A DNA stretch of 64,000 bases from Octopus vulgaris (Eukaryota): contig OX597815.1 of NCBI GenBank assembly GCA_951406725.2, forward strand, positions 4,712,001 to 4,776,000, written 5' to 3'. Both the position numbers and the translations under genes were made by a program. Of this stretch, positions 46,901 to 56,660 are shown in pieces (the first letter of the stretch is position 1; the number at the start of each line of letters is the position of its first letter). The notes below the pieces were generated by a model. The model ran no database searches. It saw only the letters and a program-made list of their open reading frames with translations, and was not told the DNA's origin.

Positions 46901-49810
46901 GCCTTTGTGCCGGTGGCATGTAAAATACACCATTTGAGCGTGATCGTTACCAGCATCACCTTACTGGCACCTATACCGGTTGGCATGTGTAAAAGATTCG
47001 AGCGAGGTTGTTGCCAGTACTGCCTGACTGGCCCTCGTGCCGGTGGCACGTAAAAGCACCCGCTACACTCACGGAGTGGTTGGCGTTAGGAAGGGCATCC
47101 AGCTGTAGAAACTCTGCCAGATCAAGACTGGAGCCTGGTGCAGCCATCTGGTTTGCCAGCCCTGGTCATTCGTCCAACCCATGCTTGCATGGAAAGTGGA
47201 CATTAAACAATGATGATGATGAAACTGAGAGAAGCCTGTTTGACTGTTGCCAATCTTTCTTTGTTCCCAGTTCAGTTTATGTACAAAAGACTGCCTCTTT
47301 CCATTATATTTTCTTTCCATTATATTCTCTCAACAGGTATTATGGACCGGGTTACCTTGTCAGAACTACCATTTGCTCATTTGTTTGGCAATCTTAGACA
47401 ATGAGAAAGCTACGTTAATGGAGAATCGTTTTGGTTTTACTGAAATCTTGAAAGTAAGTTCCTATCACAGAGTTGGAAATAATATTGGATTATGTTCTTG
47501 CTTATCACCACCATTTTTATGTCTTTTTGTTTATGCTTTCATTGGTTGGAAAGATATTTTTCAACACAGCATGCTCTCATGTTTACTGTTTTGGTTTCAT
47601 CTTTCTAACATTCTCTCACCTAAGATCAGCCTTCATCACATGCCTTTCTATGGTCCATCATCTTCTGCTCATTCCTTCCACACGAATCTCCTGGTACTTC
47701 TTCACACACCTGTCATCATTTATAGATGTTTTCGATCTCGTTTGGATTCTTTGCCACCAAATTTGAATTCGTTGCAATCAAATTTGAATTTTTCAATTGG
47801 TGCTCAAGCTTTGAAAAAACAAAAAGAGTTATAAACTACATCAGCCGTAAGGGAATACATGTCTATCTTATCTAACTCATCCAGTAAAGCCCACTGTTAC
47901 TCAAATTTCGATCTAACCCCGAGCTTGGGACAACAAACTTGAGTTGGATAAACTTGAATAGTAAGCTCTTTGCTCTTTATAACCGTTTTATGAAGTCACT
48001 TTTTTTGTTAAAGACTTGTTCAATTTGCAGCTCCTCAAAGCAAATGGACTGGTTCTCTTAAGAGGGATCACGGGTTCGAATCTCAGACCAGGCGATGTGT
48101 GTGTTTTCGAGTGGAACACCTAAGCTCCACAGATTCGAACCTGCAATCTCTCTTAAAAGAACCAGTCCATTTGCTTTGAGGAGCTGCAAATTGAACAAGT
48201 CTTTAACAAAAAAAGTGACTTCAAAAAACGGTTATAAAGAGCAAAGAGCTTACTATTCGAGTTTATCCAACTCAAGTTTGTTGCCCCAAGCTCGGTGTTG
48301 GATCGAAATTTGAGTAACAGTGGGCTTTACTGGATGAGTTAGATAAGATAGACATGTATTCCCTTATGGCTGATGTAGTTTATAACTCTTTTTGTTTTTT
48401 CAAGGCTTGAGCACCAATTGAAAAATTCAAATTTGATTGCAAATAATTCAAATTTGGTGGCAAAGAATCCAAACTAGATCGAAAACATCTATATATACAT
48501 TACATATCTATATCAACTTAGCTTTCTCTCGTCTGTTTTACTACAAATAACTCCTTTTCTAATCCAGTTTTTCTTCCAGTGCATCAAGTCCTTATGTAAG
48601 GTTCCTTTAACCCTTTTTATACCATATTTCTATTTCAGTCAATTTTGAAGATGATGAATATTTTAGTAGAGTAACTTTGTCCTTATTCAGTTGGAATTTT
48701 AATGGAAGGTTTTCATTTCACTCTCCTTAACTCTTTAGTATTTCAACTAACCATATTTGACTCAATGCCAGCACCGCCTTGACCGGCTTCTGTGCCGGTG
48801 GCACGTGACCTGCTGTGCTTGAGGAGACCTATTGAGTCAAGTACATCAACTTCAAAATAAATATCAAATGGAAATTGTAGTTGTGATACCTGTGCCGGTG
48901 GCACGTAAGAAGCACCATCCGAATTTGGTCGATGTCAGCGCCGTCTTGACTGGCTTCTGTGCCAGTGGCACGTAAAAAGCACCAACTGATCGTGGCCGCT
49001 GCCAGCCTCCCCTGACACCTGGCTAGTGGCACGTAAAAAGCACCCACTGCACTCACGGAGTGGTTGGCGTTAGGAAGGGCATCCAGCTGTAGAAACACTG
49101 CCAGATCTGATTGGAGCCTGGTGCAGCCTCCTGGCTTCCCAGACCCCGGTTGAACTGTCCAACCCATGCTAGCACGGAAAACAGACGTTAAACGATGATG
49201 ATGATGATTCTGTTTCATGTTAAAACTGACTGTCTGGCCTCTCACACCTACCTGACAATGTCATTCTAAAAATAATCCCATTCTAAAAATAATCTCAAAG
49301 CTGTGAGATAATTCATGATTAATTCAAATTTACGTGAATAAATAAGCATTATTTATTCGGCTGTAATCTGAATGTTAAAGGATTAAAACAAGGAGTTTGA
49401 ATCATAGAACGAAAGGTGGCTGTGGGTGGGTTGCTATCAAAAGGGTTAATTTGTTCATAGATTAGGGCCATAAGCTCACAGCCAAGCCCTGTTTGGGTTT
49501 ATTGCTTTTGATAAATGTCTAATTGTGAGTGTCTTCCTTTTTTCAGCACATCAATGACATGTCTTTTACCATCAACGTGGACCAAATTCTGAACAAAGCT
49601 GAAAGCATTTGTCTTCAGCTGAAGAAATGCAGGAAGCTACCTCAAGCAATTAAGGAGATCTTAGAACTCGGTGCGTCCTCCTCGCCATCTGCTTCAAGTA
49701 ACAGTTCTGGCAGCACCACACCAGCCACTGGGAACTCTCAGTGCCAGTATCCAAATTCTAACAAGGATTATTGCTCTGGGACAGTCACAGACCACTTCAC
49801 CAACGGATAG
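6734..49810 (+). CDS. TBC1D15: TBC1 domain family member 15/17-like Rab GTPase-activating protein; 13 coding exons, 5'-partial
   Basis: Exons join in frame through GT-AG introns (1761 nt = 586 aa + TAG). Family motifs: FILKDGTTYPALHFHSGGS, DPYTTTLGGFSKVT, EPGFEVIT, LIEKDVSRTDR (IxxDxxR), YVQGMSDLLSP, YFCFRWLLIVFKREF, FTEILKHIND. Invertebrates usually have one TBC1D15/17 co-ortholog, so the symbol is approximate. Confidence 0.93.
6967..7367 (-). mobile_element. Non-autonomous Helitron
   Basis: Same 3' terminus (CCCGAGCAACGCCAGG...CTGCTAG) as 51605; splits the host sequence aattaa|ttgaaac with no TSD. Confidence 0.8.
8700..8913 (+). CDS. TBC1D15: TBC1D15/17 exon (VTINSK...GWKYFIFILKDGTTYPALHFHSGGS...)
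   Basis: ttag acceptor after a (TTA)n run; AT|gtaagt donor; phase 1 to 2. Confidence 0.9.
9296..9520 (+). mobile_element. tRNA-derived SINE family B with a Meta/MESC-like central domain
   Basis: Head GGCGAGCTGGCAGAA...GAGTTCAAATTCC followed by GCCTTTCATCCTTTCGGGGTYGATTAAATAAGTACCAG. Copies: three in tandem at 7873-8546, 28575-28765, 32340-32570, 39729-40020(-), 40985-41153(-), 53868-54078, and two at 58066-58450. Confidence 0.8.
9525..9802 (+). mobile_element. RTE/RTEX-like LINE 3' fragment, second family
   Basis: KRIQFAGHCCRAENE...LLLWKP...RGRTLSYPDVISRDTG...AMMDSEVWRSMV followed directly by an (ATG)n tail. Confidence 0.75.
11564..11984 (+). mobile_element. tRNA-derived SINE family A with internal (TA)n(TG)n; full-length copy
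   Basis: A/B-box-like head (GTGGCTGTGTGG...GGTTCAGTCCC) and AAAAGAGT tail repeats. Similar copies at 3714-4140(-), 14149-14516(-), 18281-18697(+), 19727-20098(+), 21130-21470(+), 57348-57731(-), plus many fragments. Confidence 0.85.
12045..12156 (+). CDS. TBC1D15: TBC1D15/17 exon (SPNDNRLWIV...LSESFDKLNLF...)
   Basis: gtag acceptor and TCG|gtaagt donor; phase 2 to 0. Confidence 0.88.
15938..16919. mobile_element. hAT-like MITE with a nested RTE fragment
   Basis: Termini CAGTGGTTCTCAAC...GTTGAGAACTACTG with an imperfect 8-bp TSD (atttacac/gtttacag). Relatives at 28443-29794 (hosting the mariner) and 60603-61073. Confidence 0.65.
16206..16885 (-). mobile_element. RTE-clade LINE 3' fragment (ORF end + 3' UTR + (GAT)n tail)
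   Basis: Minus strand gives degenerate LRWYG...GRGRPMKT...TSDRDLWKYALLKKTRQAK*, followed by the abundant GGAAGGGCATCCAGCTGTAG...CCAACCCATGCCAGCATGGAAA...(GAT)n end. Confidence 0.75.
20479..20673 (+). CDS. TBC1D15: TBC1D15/17 exon (KFIHDPYTTTLGGFSKVT...EPGFEVITK)
   Basis: ttccag acceptor and AAG|gtatat donor; 65 codons; conserved family motifs. Confidence 0.93.
23014..23758. repeat. Inverted repeat with tRNA-like arms and an RTE fragment in the spacer
   Basis: Arms at about 23014-23243 and 23524-23758. Confidence 0.8.
23836..24188 (-). mobile_element. Non-autonomous Helitron, 5'-truncated
   Basis: Plus-strand start CTAGCAGTATCGCCCGGCGTTGCTCGGG is shared with the 6967 and 44609 copies. Confidence 0.75.
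26652..26887. mobile_element. TTAA-flanked MITE (CCCTTTAG...CTAAAGGG family)
   Basis: TTAACCCTTTAG...CTAAAGGGTTAA. Relatives at about 11170-11413, 15176-15802 and 48730-49385; a second family at 40956-41343. Confidence 0.6.
27134..27206 (-). tRNA. tRNA-Arg(ACG)-derived gene with anticodon changed to ACA; probable pseudogene
   Basis: Reverse complement CGGCTCG TG GCGCATTGGATAACGCG TCTGA CTACAGA TCAGA AGATT CCAGG TTCGAAT CCTGG TGAGCTC A forms a cloverleaf. The body matches canonical metazoan tRNA-Arg-ACG. It has a C1:C72 mismatch and a TTTT run about 8 nt downstream. Confidence 0.88.
27664..27880. repeat. Degenerate (CA)n/(CAA) low-complexity tract
   Basis: Directly visible; source of the His/Thr- and Cys/Val-rich ORFs. 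Confidence 0.9.
28809..29730 (-). mobile_element. Tc1/mariner DD41D (rosa/Visitor-type) transposon, internally deleted and frameshifted
   Basis: About 110-bp imperfect TIRs (CAGGGCGTCCATAAAGTCTCTTTACAATTT... / ...AAATTGTAAAGAGACTTTATGGACATCCTG) flanked by TA. Catalytic remnants are FSDEATF (frameshifted), QQDGAPPH and PDITPLDFFLWGYVK, with 41 residues between the 2nd and 3rd Asp. The N-terminal DNA-binding region is absent. Confidence 0.93.
30259..30574. mobile_element. piggyBac-like MITE
   Basis: TTAA-CCCCTTACCC...GGGTAAGGGG-TTAA termini. Confidence 0.65.
34712..35196. repeat. Palindromic copy of a dispersed repeat
   Basis: About 220-bp inverted arms (GGAGTAAAGATTGTTTGCCAACATAAC...). The same unit is tandem or inverted at 2456-3006, single at 37868-38132, and divergent at 43675-44205. 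Confidence 0.8.
36257..36300 (-). ncRNA. Minimal type I hammerhead ribozyme motif (inverted copy)
   Basis: Reverse complement ACACCTGATGAAGGCTGGAGGGTATATCAGCCGAAACGTTGTGT. Confidence 0.72.
36570..36614 (+). ncRNA. Minimal type I hammerhead ribozyme motif
   Basis: ACAC-CTGATGA-A-GGCTG-loop-CAGCC-GAAA-C-GTT-GTGT: intact core, stems I and II, and palindromic AACGTT in place of stem III. Confidence 0.72.
36815..36943 (+). CDS. TBC1D15: TBC1D15/17 exon (TKLPPPPETSRGEPL...KKIIFRG)
   Basis: Pyrimidine tract plus aaag acceptor; GGT|gtaagt donor; 43 codons. Not in the ORF track. Confidence 0.9.
37317..37420 (+). CDS. TBC1D15: TBC1D15/17 exon (GIEPAMRVEVWKFLLDYY...), start of TBC domain
   Basis: tttag acceptor and GT|gtaagt donor; RxxxW motif; phase 0 to 2. 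Confidence 0.92.
38263..38357 (+). CDS. TBC1D15: TBC1D15/17 exon (DDYFKMKLQWKTIS...TLI)
   Basis: tctag acceptor and G|gtgggt donor; phase 2 to 1. Confidence 0.92.
39442..39558 (+). CDS. TBC1D15: TBC1D15/17 exon (EKDVSRTDR...TYCMYNFDL), arginine finger
   Basis: tccag acceptor and TTA|gtaagt donor; IxxDxxR motif across the junction; phase 1 to 1. Confidence 0.95.
41931..42031 (+). CDS. TBC1D15: TBC1D15/17 exon (YVQGMSDLLSP...DAFWCF...), glutamine finger
   Basis: ttacag acceptor and GTT|gtaagt donor; YxQ motif. Confidence 0.95.
44363..44462 (+). CDS. TBC1D15: TBC1D15/17 exon (CSNFEMDQQGMKTQL...CSYL)
   Basis: tttcag acceptor and G|gtaagt donor; phase 0 to 1. Confidence 0.93.
44609..45012 (-). 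mobile_element. Non-autonomous Helitron
   Basis: Same 3' hairpin and CTAG end; 5' TCTCTCTATATAT end; internal sequence differs from the other copies. Confidence 0.8.
45857..46200 (+). repeat. 16-bp minisatellite (CCTGGCCTTACCAGCA)n inside an RTE 3' end
   Basis: About 20 tandem units; accounts for the repetitive ORF at 45850-46149. Confidence 0.92.
46302..46399 (+). CDS. TBC1D15: TBC1D15/17 exon (ESHDSGNFYFCFRWLLIVFKREF...RLWE)
   Basis: tttcag acceptor and GAG|gtactg donor; phase 1 to 0. Confidence 0.94.
46637..47222 (+). mobile_element. RTE-clade LINE 3' end with ~65-bp tandem units in the 3' UTR
   Basis: EMTSD*DFWKYAVLEKTQQAK*, then tandem GTGCCGGTGGCACGTAAAAGCACC units and a (GAT)n tail. 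More than 20 truncated copies, e.g. 1889-2238, 15232-15633, 17290-17694, 30685-31009, 42160-42730(-), 48765-49207, 58565-58993, 61150-61630(-), 62510-63150, 63440-63960. Confidence 0.78.
47337..47453 (+). CDS. TBC1D15: TBC1D15/17 exon (VLWTGLPCQNYHLL...FTEILK)
   Basis: aacag acceptor and AAA|gtaagt donor; 39 codons. Confidence 0.94.
47721..48493. repeat. Long near-perfect inverted repeat
   Basis: About 360-bp arms with a ~47-nt spacer; TATA at both outer ends. Confidence 0.92.
49547..49810 (+). CDS. TBC1D15: TBC1D15/17 last coding exon (HINDMSF... Ser-rich tail, TAG)
   Basis: tttcag acceptor; open to TAG at 49808-49810; continues EILK-HIND. Confidence 0.92.
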   Translation, partial: HINDMSFTINVDQILNKAESICLQLKKCRKLPQAIKEILELGASSSPSASSNSSGSTTPATGNSQCQYPNSNKDYCSGTVTDHFTNG

Positions 49811-50947
49811 CACAACCAAAGGTTTTTAAACTAGATTTTAAAAAATATTTAAAAAAAAGAGCACAAAAAAAATTCTAAGACAAAACAAAGACAATTCTGT
49901 ATCCATGATTATATTTTGCTTGCCAGCAATGATGTCAGCTCATCTCGGCTAAAATATTTTATTTAACTTTATAGTTTCCAGGAAGCCTTTTTTTTTCTGT
50001 TTTAAGTTTCTATTTTTTACCATCTAAACCAGTGATACACAACTTTTTTTTTTAATTGTTACTGAAGGTGACCTGCAAAACTTCATGAGGATAACTTCAT
50101 GGACACCCTGCTCCATTCATCCCAAAAAGGTACACTGTAATATGTAGACCTCAGGATGTGGACCACCAAAATTTTGGTGTGGACCACGAGGGGTCTTGAT
50201 GGACTGTGTTGTCTCTCACTGGTCACTAGCCAATTGATTGCAATCCACTCAGATTCAGGGAAGTATCAGAACTTGATGCAATTGGTGCCACACCTCAATG
50301 ATGATGTCTTAAATCTCTCTCTCTTATTTTCCTTGTCCCACAACGGAACTGGGTCGTCCACTTTCTCCATTTCAACTTGGCTTTTAAATATGAACACCAT
50401 TTTATTTTTATCTTTGACTGTTTCAAGATGAAAATGTGCTGATTGTCTGCCTGGTACGGCACGAAGCCAATCAGTCAGTAATCATTGTTTAATCATTTGT
50501 GTGCATGTCTACATAATGTACGAATGCATGTAATACATACATATACACACAGTGTGTGTGTGTGTGTGTGTGTCTGTCTCTGTTGTACAATCACTTTACA
50601 TTTCTGGTTTTCTTGATCTTTCATTCATGAATTTCCTGTGTGTGCTTGTATGTGTCATATATGATTAATAATAAAAGGGTAAAATTAATTAATTAATTAA
50701 TTAATCAATTAATTAATAATTTCACCAAGTAGATCAGTATGTTAAAATAACCTTAATAGGTAAAATTATACAAATATTTTATAATTATAAACATAATTAT
50801 AATTGGGGGTCGGCTAATTGCTTCACCACATACTGAATTTAGAAATAGGAATTTTAACTCCTATTTCAAAATTCGGTATGTGGTGAAGCAATTAGTTGAC
50901 CCCTAATTATAATTATGTTTATAATTATAAAATATTTTGTATGTATG

Positions 50948-50985
<38 letters not shown>

Positions 50986-51237
50986 GTGTGTATGTATATA
51001 TGTGTATTTGTGTTTCTATATGTGTGTGTATTTGTATATAAAATGTGTGGATGTACATATGTGTATATATAGATATTCATGTATATGTGTATATATATAT
51101 GCATGTGTGTGTATGTGTGTTTGTGCATGTGTGCGTGTTACTATATATATATATATATGAGTGTATATTTGTTTGTATTTGTATATAAATGTGTGGATAT
51201 ACACATATGTGTGTATATTAATGTGTGCATATATATA

Positions 51238-51279
<42 letters not shown>

Positions 51280-51604
51280 ATATACATACATACATGTGTG
51301 TGTGTTCACACTCCACAGTTCACTTTATGGTTGGACTGAATTCACAAACCTTCTGTCTTCCTCATTGGTAAACTCTCTACGAAATATAAATAAAAACCTT
51401 GTCCAGCTCCGTAAATAAACAACATTGAGAAAAACCTAAGACTTCCATAGATTTCATATCTTTTCTAGATGCTTCTGTGTCCCCTAGCCCTTTCCTCTAC
51501 TCATCCCTTCTCTCTTCCTCTCCCTGCTAATTTTTTTGTTTGTGTCTCCAAATTCTGATTCATGCCTAAGCTTATTTAAATATTTTCCTTTGTTTAGAAA
51601 TTAA

Positions 51605-52061
51605 CTAGCAGCATAGCCCGGCGTTGCCCGGGTATGTAAGAGCCCCTAGTAGGCAACGACTAATCCCAATCTAGTCCTTTCCCTCTAGGGAACGAAGGCG
51701 CATGTGTAGATTGCAATGTCTTCTCTTCACTCGAATACTTCTGTGAATACGATGTTCCTAGCTGTCCCTTTGGGCGAAAACATGAAAACATCATTGCGCC
51801 TCCCAACGCGTGAACAGCCCACGTACAGCCCAGAAAATGTGTTGCATATAAAAAGCTTAGATTCTCGACCCCATGTCGAATTTATCGATCTTTTCAGAAC
51901 TGGGGGAACTTTTCAAACTTTTCGCTGCGTTAGTTTTGGATTATGACATTGGGCTATGTGTGTGTCAAGTTTCATCAGAATCGGTTGAAAGCTGTGGTCA
52001 GGGTAAGGGTACAACCTGACAGACACACAGACAGACAAACTGCCGTTTATATAGAGAGAGA
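51605..52061 (-). mobile_element. Non-autonomous Helitron retaining the RepHel helicase C-terminus
   Basis: On the minus strand: 5' TC, 3' hairpin (CCCGGGCAACGCCGGG) and CTAG end, inserted at A|T. 51727-51831(-) translates GLYVGCSRVGRRNDVFMFSPKGTARNIVFTEVFE*, like the Pif1-type helicase end (GQLYVxxSRV...NIVYxEV). Confidence 0.88.
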
Positions 52062-52930
52062 TAAATGGACTTTACCATCATTCCCCGTTCATACTTCCCC
52101 AAGTGCTCGCACGCGCACACACACAACCTTTTTCTACATCCAAGGTGATAATTCCTCGAATGATGTCATAGATTCAAGCAGATGTGGATGTGTGGTAAAA
52201 AGCTTGCTTCCCAATCACATGGTTCTGGGTTCAGCCCCACTGTTTGACGCCTTGGGCAAGTGTCTTCTATAACCTCGGGCCGACCAAAGCCTTGTGAGTG
52301 GATTTAATAGACAGAAACTGAAAAGAAGCCCGTTGTGTGTGTGTGTGTCCGTGTGTCCATGTTTGCTCCCTCACCATTGCTTGGTTCAGATACTTTACTG
52401 CTTCAGTAGACTCTATCTGACCCAAACAAGCTTGGAAAAGGGGACATGGAAATAATCACTCACACACACACACACACACACACTGGTCATCATTATTGAC
52501 CCAGTTATTTTGCTACAATTTGATTTTGTCAAACTAATCTTAATCCCACACTGGTTTACAAGCATCCTCTAGAAGTGCTAAAAAAAAGTATCCCATCTGG
52601 CCTGGCTCTGCATCATTTCAGCCGTAACTTCTCTTACACACATATATAATCTATGAAGATGAAGTCAGGACGTAGGAAAGGTAAATAGGGGTTTGTTGTT
52701 TCCATTATATCTTTATGGGTGTCTCTTAGACCTTCTGATTCTCTGTTTTCTTCTCTGCGTATCCTCCTTGTGGAAATGTTTAGTGTCTGTTTCAGTTGCA
52801 CGGCTAAGTTCAGCAATTTAATCACTATGTCAACTGATAGCTGGGTCCTTGCTAAGTGCTTACTGTGGGTTCTGCTTGAGCCTCGAAATCTAATTTTCTT
52901 TGTGTGTGTGTGTGTGCGTGCGTATCTATA

Positions 52931-52962
<32 letters not shown>

Positions 52963-54489
52963 AATTTAAAAATAGGATAAAATCTTTATAAGAAATTATC
53001 AAGTAGTCAGCGTGAAAAACCTCGTAAGAGAAAAAAATCTGTAAATTTTTTCAACTTTGAAAATACTTATTTATATTATATAGAGGGTACTATTATTCAT
53101 AGGTACCACATGCTAGGAGGGACTTTTGCAGTCAAAACTACTAAAATAAACAAATTGTACCGAATGCAAAACTTCAAAGCGAGTCATTTAAAAAACTAAA
53201 TTCTGTTTTTAAATGACTTGCTTTGAAGTTTTGCATTCGGTACAATTTGTTTATTTTAGTAGTTTTGACTGCAAGAGTCCCTCCTAGTGTGCGGTACCTA
53301 TGAATAATAGTACCCTCTATATAATATATATATATATATATATATGAGAGGTATTGGTATCTAGAAGACTCAAAGAGTGATGGGTAACGCTAAGTAAGTA
53401 CTATGGACAGATGAAGGGATATCCATAATATCCCAGAAATAGCTGTAAGATTATTTCATTATAAATGTCCTGAAAACTCCTCACAGCCTTGGCTTTGTTA
53501 TCCCATTCTGTCTAACACACATATATATTTATGAATGCATGCATGTGTGTATGTATGTATGTTTAAATTTCATGTTAAATTGCTTTTGACAATCAATTTC
53601 AGTCCATTTTCTAAATAATATATATTTTGTAAATTATATTTGATTCAAATTTATTTTACCCACCAAAAAAGGGGATTTTTAGAAAAAATTTTAATTTTGT
53701 TGCATTAGGTTCTAAAGTAAAATTAAAATTGTTTTTCTTTCTGTTAAACCTATTTTGAAAATTTTTTAATAATATTTATTTACCATTCAAGGAACTTAAA
53801 TCCCCCCAAAATTGTGATCCAGTTTCCAGCTAAATTCATCTCGTTTTCCCATATTTTCCCCTCCTATGGCGGAATTCTTTGAATGACTGGCAAAATGCTG
53901 AACGGTATTTCGTCCGTTTTTGCATTTGGCATTCAAATTCCTCTGGTCTCGACTTTGCCTTTCGTCTCTAGCGAGGTCGATAAAATAAGTACCAGTTTTG
54001 TACTGGAGGAGTCGATGTAATCGACAATGCTCCTTTTCTGAAATTGCTGTCCTTGGGCCAAAGTATGAAGCCATTATTTAATCCCTGTTAATCCTTTGTA
54101 AGTCAAGATTGTCATCCACACCCTGCTCCCCACCTCCATCCTATGCAACCGGCTGTTCTCGTTAAATTTATAAAAATTCGTCTAAAATAACGAAGCTGAA
54201 ACCATTAACCCTGGTCTCTTTGTATTATTTTAGACATTATTCCCCACCCTTCACTAAAAAAAATACAATAAAAATGATTTAAAAAGATTATTTAAAAAAA
54301 TTTCCCATTCCCGGATAAGAAATGTCTTCTAGATAATCCTTATTTGATTTCTAATTTTTTCTCATTTTCGTCCTCCTCCTTCCCCTCCTCTTCCATTAAT
54401 TAACTTGCTGTATCCTTGAGCAAGTGTCTTCATCTTGTGTTGCTCTAGTCTTTGTCACCTGAAAACATGTACCAGCTGCCTGGCCAGTG

Positions 54490-54692
54490 CAGCTCTCTCT
54501 CTCTCCAGCTCACTCTTTCTCTCTCCAGCTCTCTCTTTCTCTCTCTCCAGCTCTCCCTTCTCTCTCTCCAGCTCTCTCTCTCTTTCTCTCCAGCTCTCTC
54601 TTTCTCTCTCTCCAGCTCTCTCTCTCTCTCCCCACTTCTCTCTCTCTCTCCCCACCTCTCTCTCTTTCTCTATCTCTCTCTCTCCAGCTCTC
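54490..54692. repeat. Compound (CT)n tract punctuated by CCAGCT/CCCAC
   Basis: Directly visible. Confidence 0.85.
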
Positions 54693-55154
54693 CCTCCTCT
54701 CATGCCCTCAACACCCTGTTGGGTGGCTGGAGAGGATATCTACGTCTGTCTGTCTGTCCAACTATAGAGGTGCCCCAAGCAACTTCAAGACTTAAACACT
54801 ACCAGGTTCACAAAACGGGGACAGATGCCTCAGTCTGTTTCGCCTCCCTCGTCCTTAACAATTTAATGCCTTAAACAGCTCTACCCAAGATACATCATCA
54901 TAGCTTTAGTGTCGCACGTTTCTTACAGTTTGTCCAGCCAAAAGACAAGAATTCGGTTGCTGCAAAACAACCGTAAATGATAAAATGTTTCTGACTTTTT
55001 AAGATTTTCTTTCTAAACAAACACTGCTGATGCCATAAACACGCAATCAATCCGGAAATGTCTTGAGACCTGGTTGAACGCCTTCTTGGTTTGTTATTTT
55101 AGAATTGTTTATACATACATACATGTGTGTGTGTGTGTGTATTTATATATGTGT

Positions 55155-55975
55155 ATATATGTATATGTGTCTGTATATATACACATGTATATATTCAAAT
55201 ATATGTATATGTGTCTGTATATATACACATGTATATATTCAAATATATGTATATGTGTCTGTATATATACACACATGTATATATTCAAATATATGTATGT
55301 GTGCCTGTATATATACACATGTATATATTCAAATATATGTATATGTGTCTGTATATATACACATGTATATATTCAAATATATGTATGTGTGCCTGTATAT
55401 ATACACATGTATATGTGTCTGTATATATACACATGTATATATTCAAATATATGTATATGTGTCTGTATATATACACACATGTATATATTCAAATATATGT
55501 ATATGTGTCTGTATATATACACATGTATATATTCAAATATATGTATATGTGTCTGTATATATACACATGTATATATTCAAATATATGTATATGTGTCTGT
55601 ATATATACACACATGTATATATTCAAATATATGTATATGTGTCTGTATATATACACATGTATATATTCAAATATATGTATATGTGTCTGTATATATACAC
55701 ATGTATATATTCAAATATATGTATATGTGTCTGTATATATACACATGTATATATTCAAATATATGTATATGTGTCTGTATATATATATATACATGTATAT
55801 ATTCAAATATATGTATATTGTTGTATATATACACATGTATATATTCAAATATATGTATGTGTGCCTGTATATATACACATGTATATGTGTCTGTATATAT
55901 ACACATGTATATATTCAAATATATGTATATGTGTCTGTATATATACACATGTATATATTCAAATATATGTATATA
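55155..55975. repeat. 44-bp AT-rich minisatellite
   Basis: Unit ATGTATATATTCAAATATATGTATATGTGTCTGTATATATACAC, about 18 copies with 46-bp and truncated variants; accounts for the overlapping ~300-aa ORFs. Confidence 0.93.
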
Positions 55976-56184
55976 TATTACTGTTGCTGGTGGTGAATTG
56001 TGTAAATATATCCTAAACAAAATGTGTATATTGTAACTTTTACATTAAGATGCCATGGAGGCAACTATGAAGAGAAAATATAAAACTTGAATATGTGAAT
56101 CTAGTGTTGCTTTTTTGTTTGTTTTATGTTGTTGACGGTTTATTTTCTTTTTTCTTTTCTTTGCTCAATAATTTCTGTTCTGTG

Positions 56185-56660
56185 AAGACCTGTGGTCTAA
56201 TTCCCTGGGCCTTACTTCCCTGGGCATGGACACATTGAAACTCCGACGTCTGGCAGCTGACTTTGCAGACACCCATAAAATTATTAACCATCTTACAAAC
56301 AATGACTTTGAGCACCTTTTCAAACTCCACCCGTCTAACACCTGTGGACATATTTACAAAGTCAGAAAACAGCACAGCTCCTTCCATGACTTTCGGAAAC
56401 ATTTTTTTCACACTAAGAGTTGCTGAAGCATGGAACAAACTGCCGGCATCAGTTGTTAGTTGTCGGAGCACTGCATCCTTCAAAACTTCATGCTTCCTGA
56501 GATTCGCCAACATTACACCTGATCTTTCTCCCCTCCATACACACAAGCAAGCATCTATCTGACTCATACACTGTTCGCTTTCCAGACATTTGTACATTAC
56601 TGCATATGCTTCATATGCACTTTTGACAAGTTGTGGTCCACCTGAGCCCTGAATACAATG
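56185..56660 (+). mobile_element. CR1-like LINE ORF2 C-terminal fragment and 3' UTR
   Basis: LGMDTLKLRRL..D...HKII...TCGHIYKV...FRKHFF(frameshift)TLRVAEAWNKLPASVV...SFK. Confidence 0.8.

Noticed and set aside
47454-47834. 195-aa ORF extending beyond the 47337-47453 exon
   Set aside because: Family similarity ends at the consensus donor; the rest is intron read-through.
55074-56036. ORFs of 289-320 aa, the longest in the track
   Set aside because: All three frames are open only because of the 44-bp stop-free minisatellite; no protein features.
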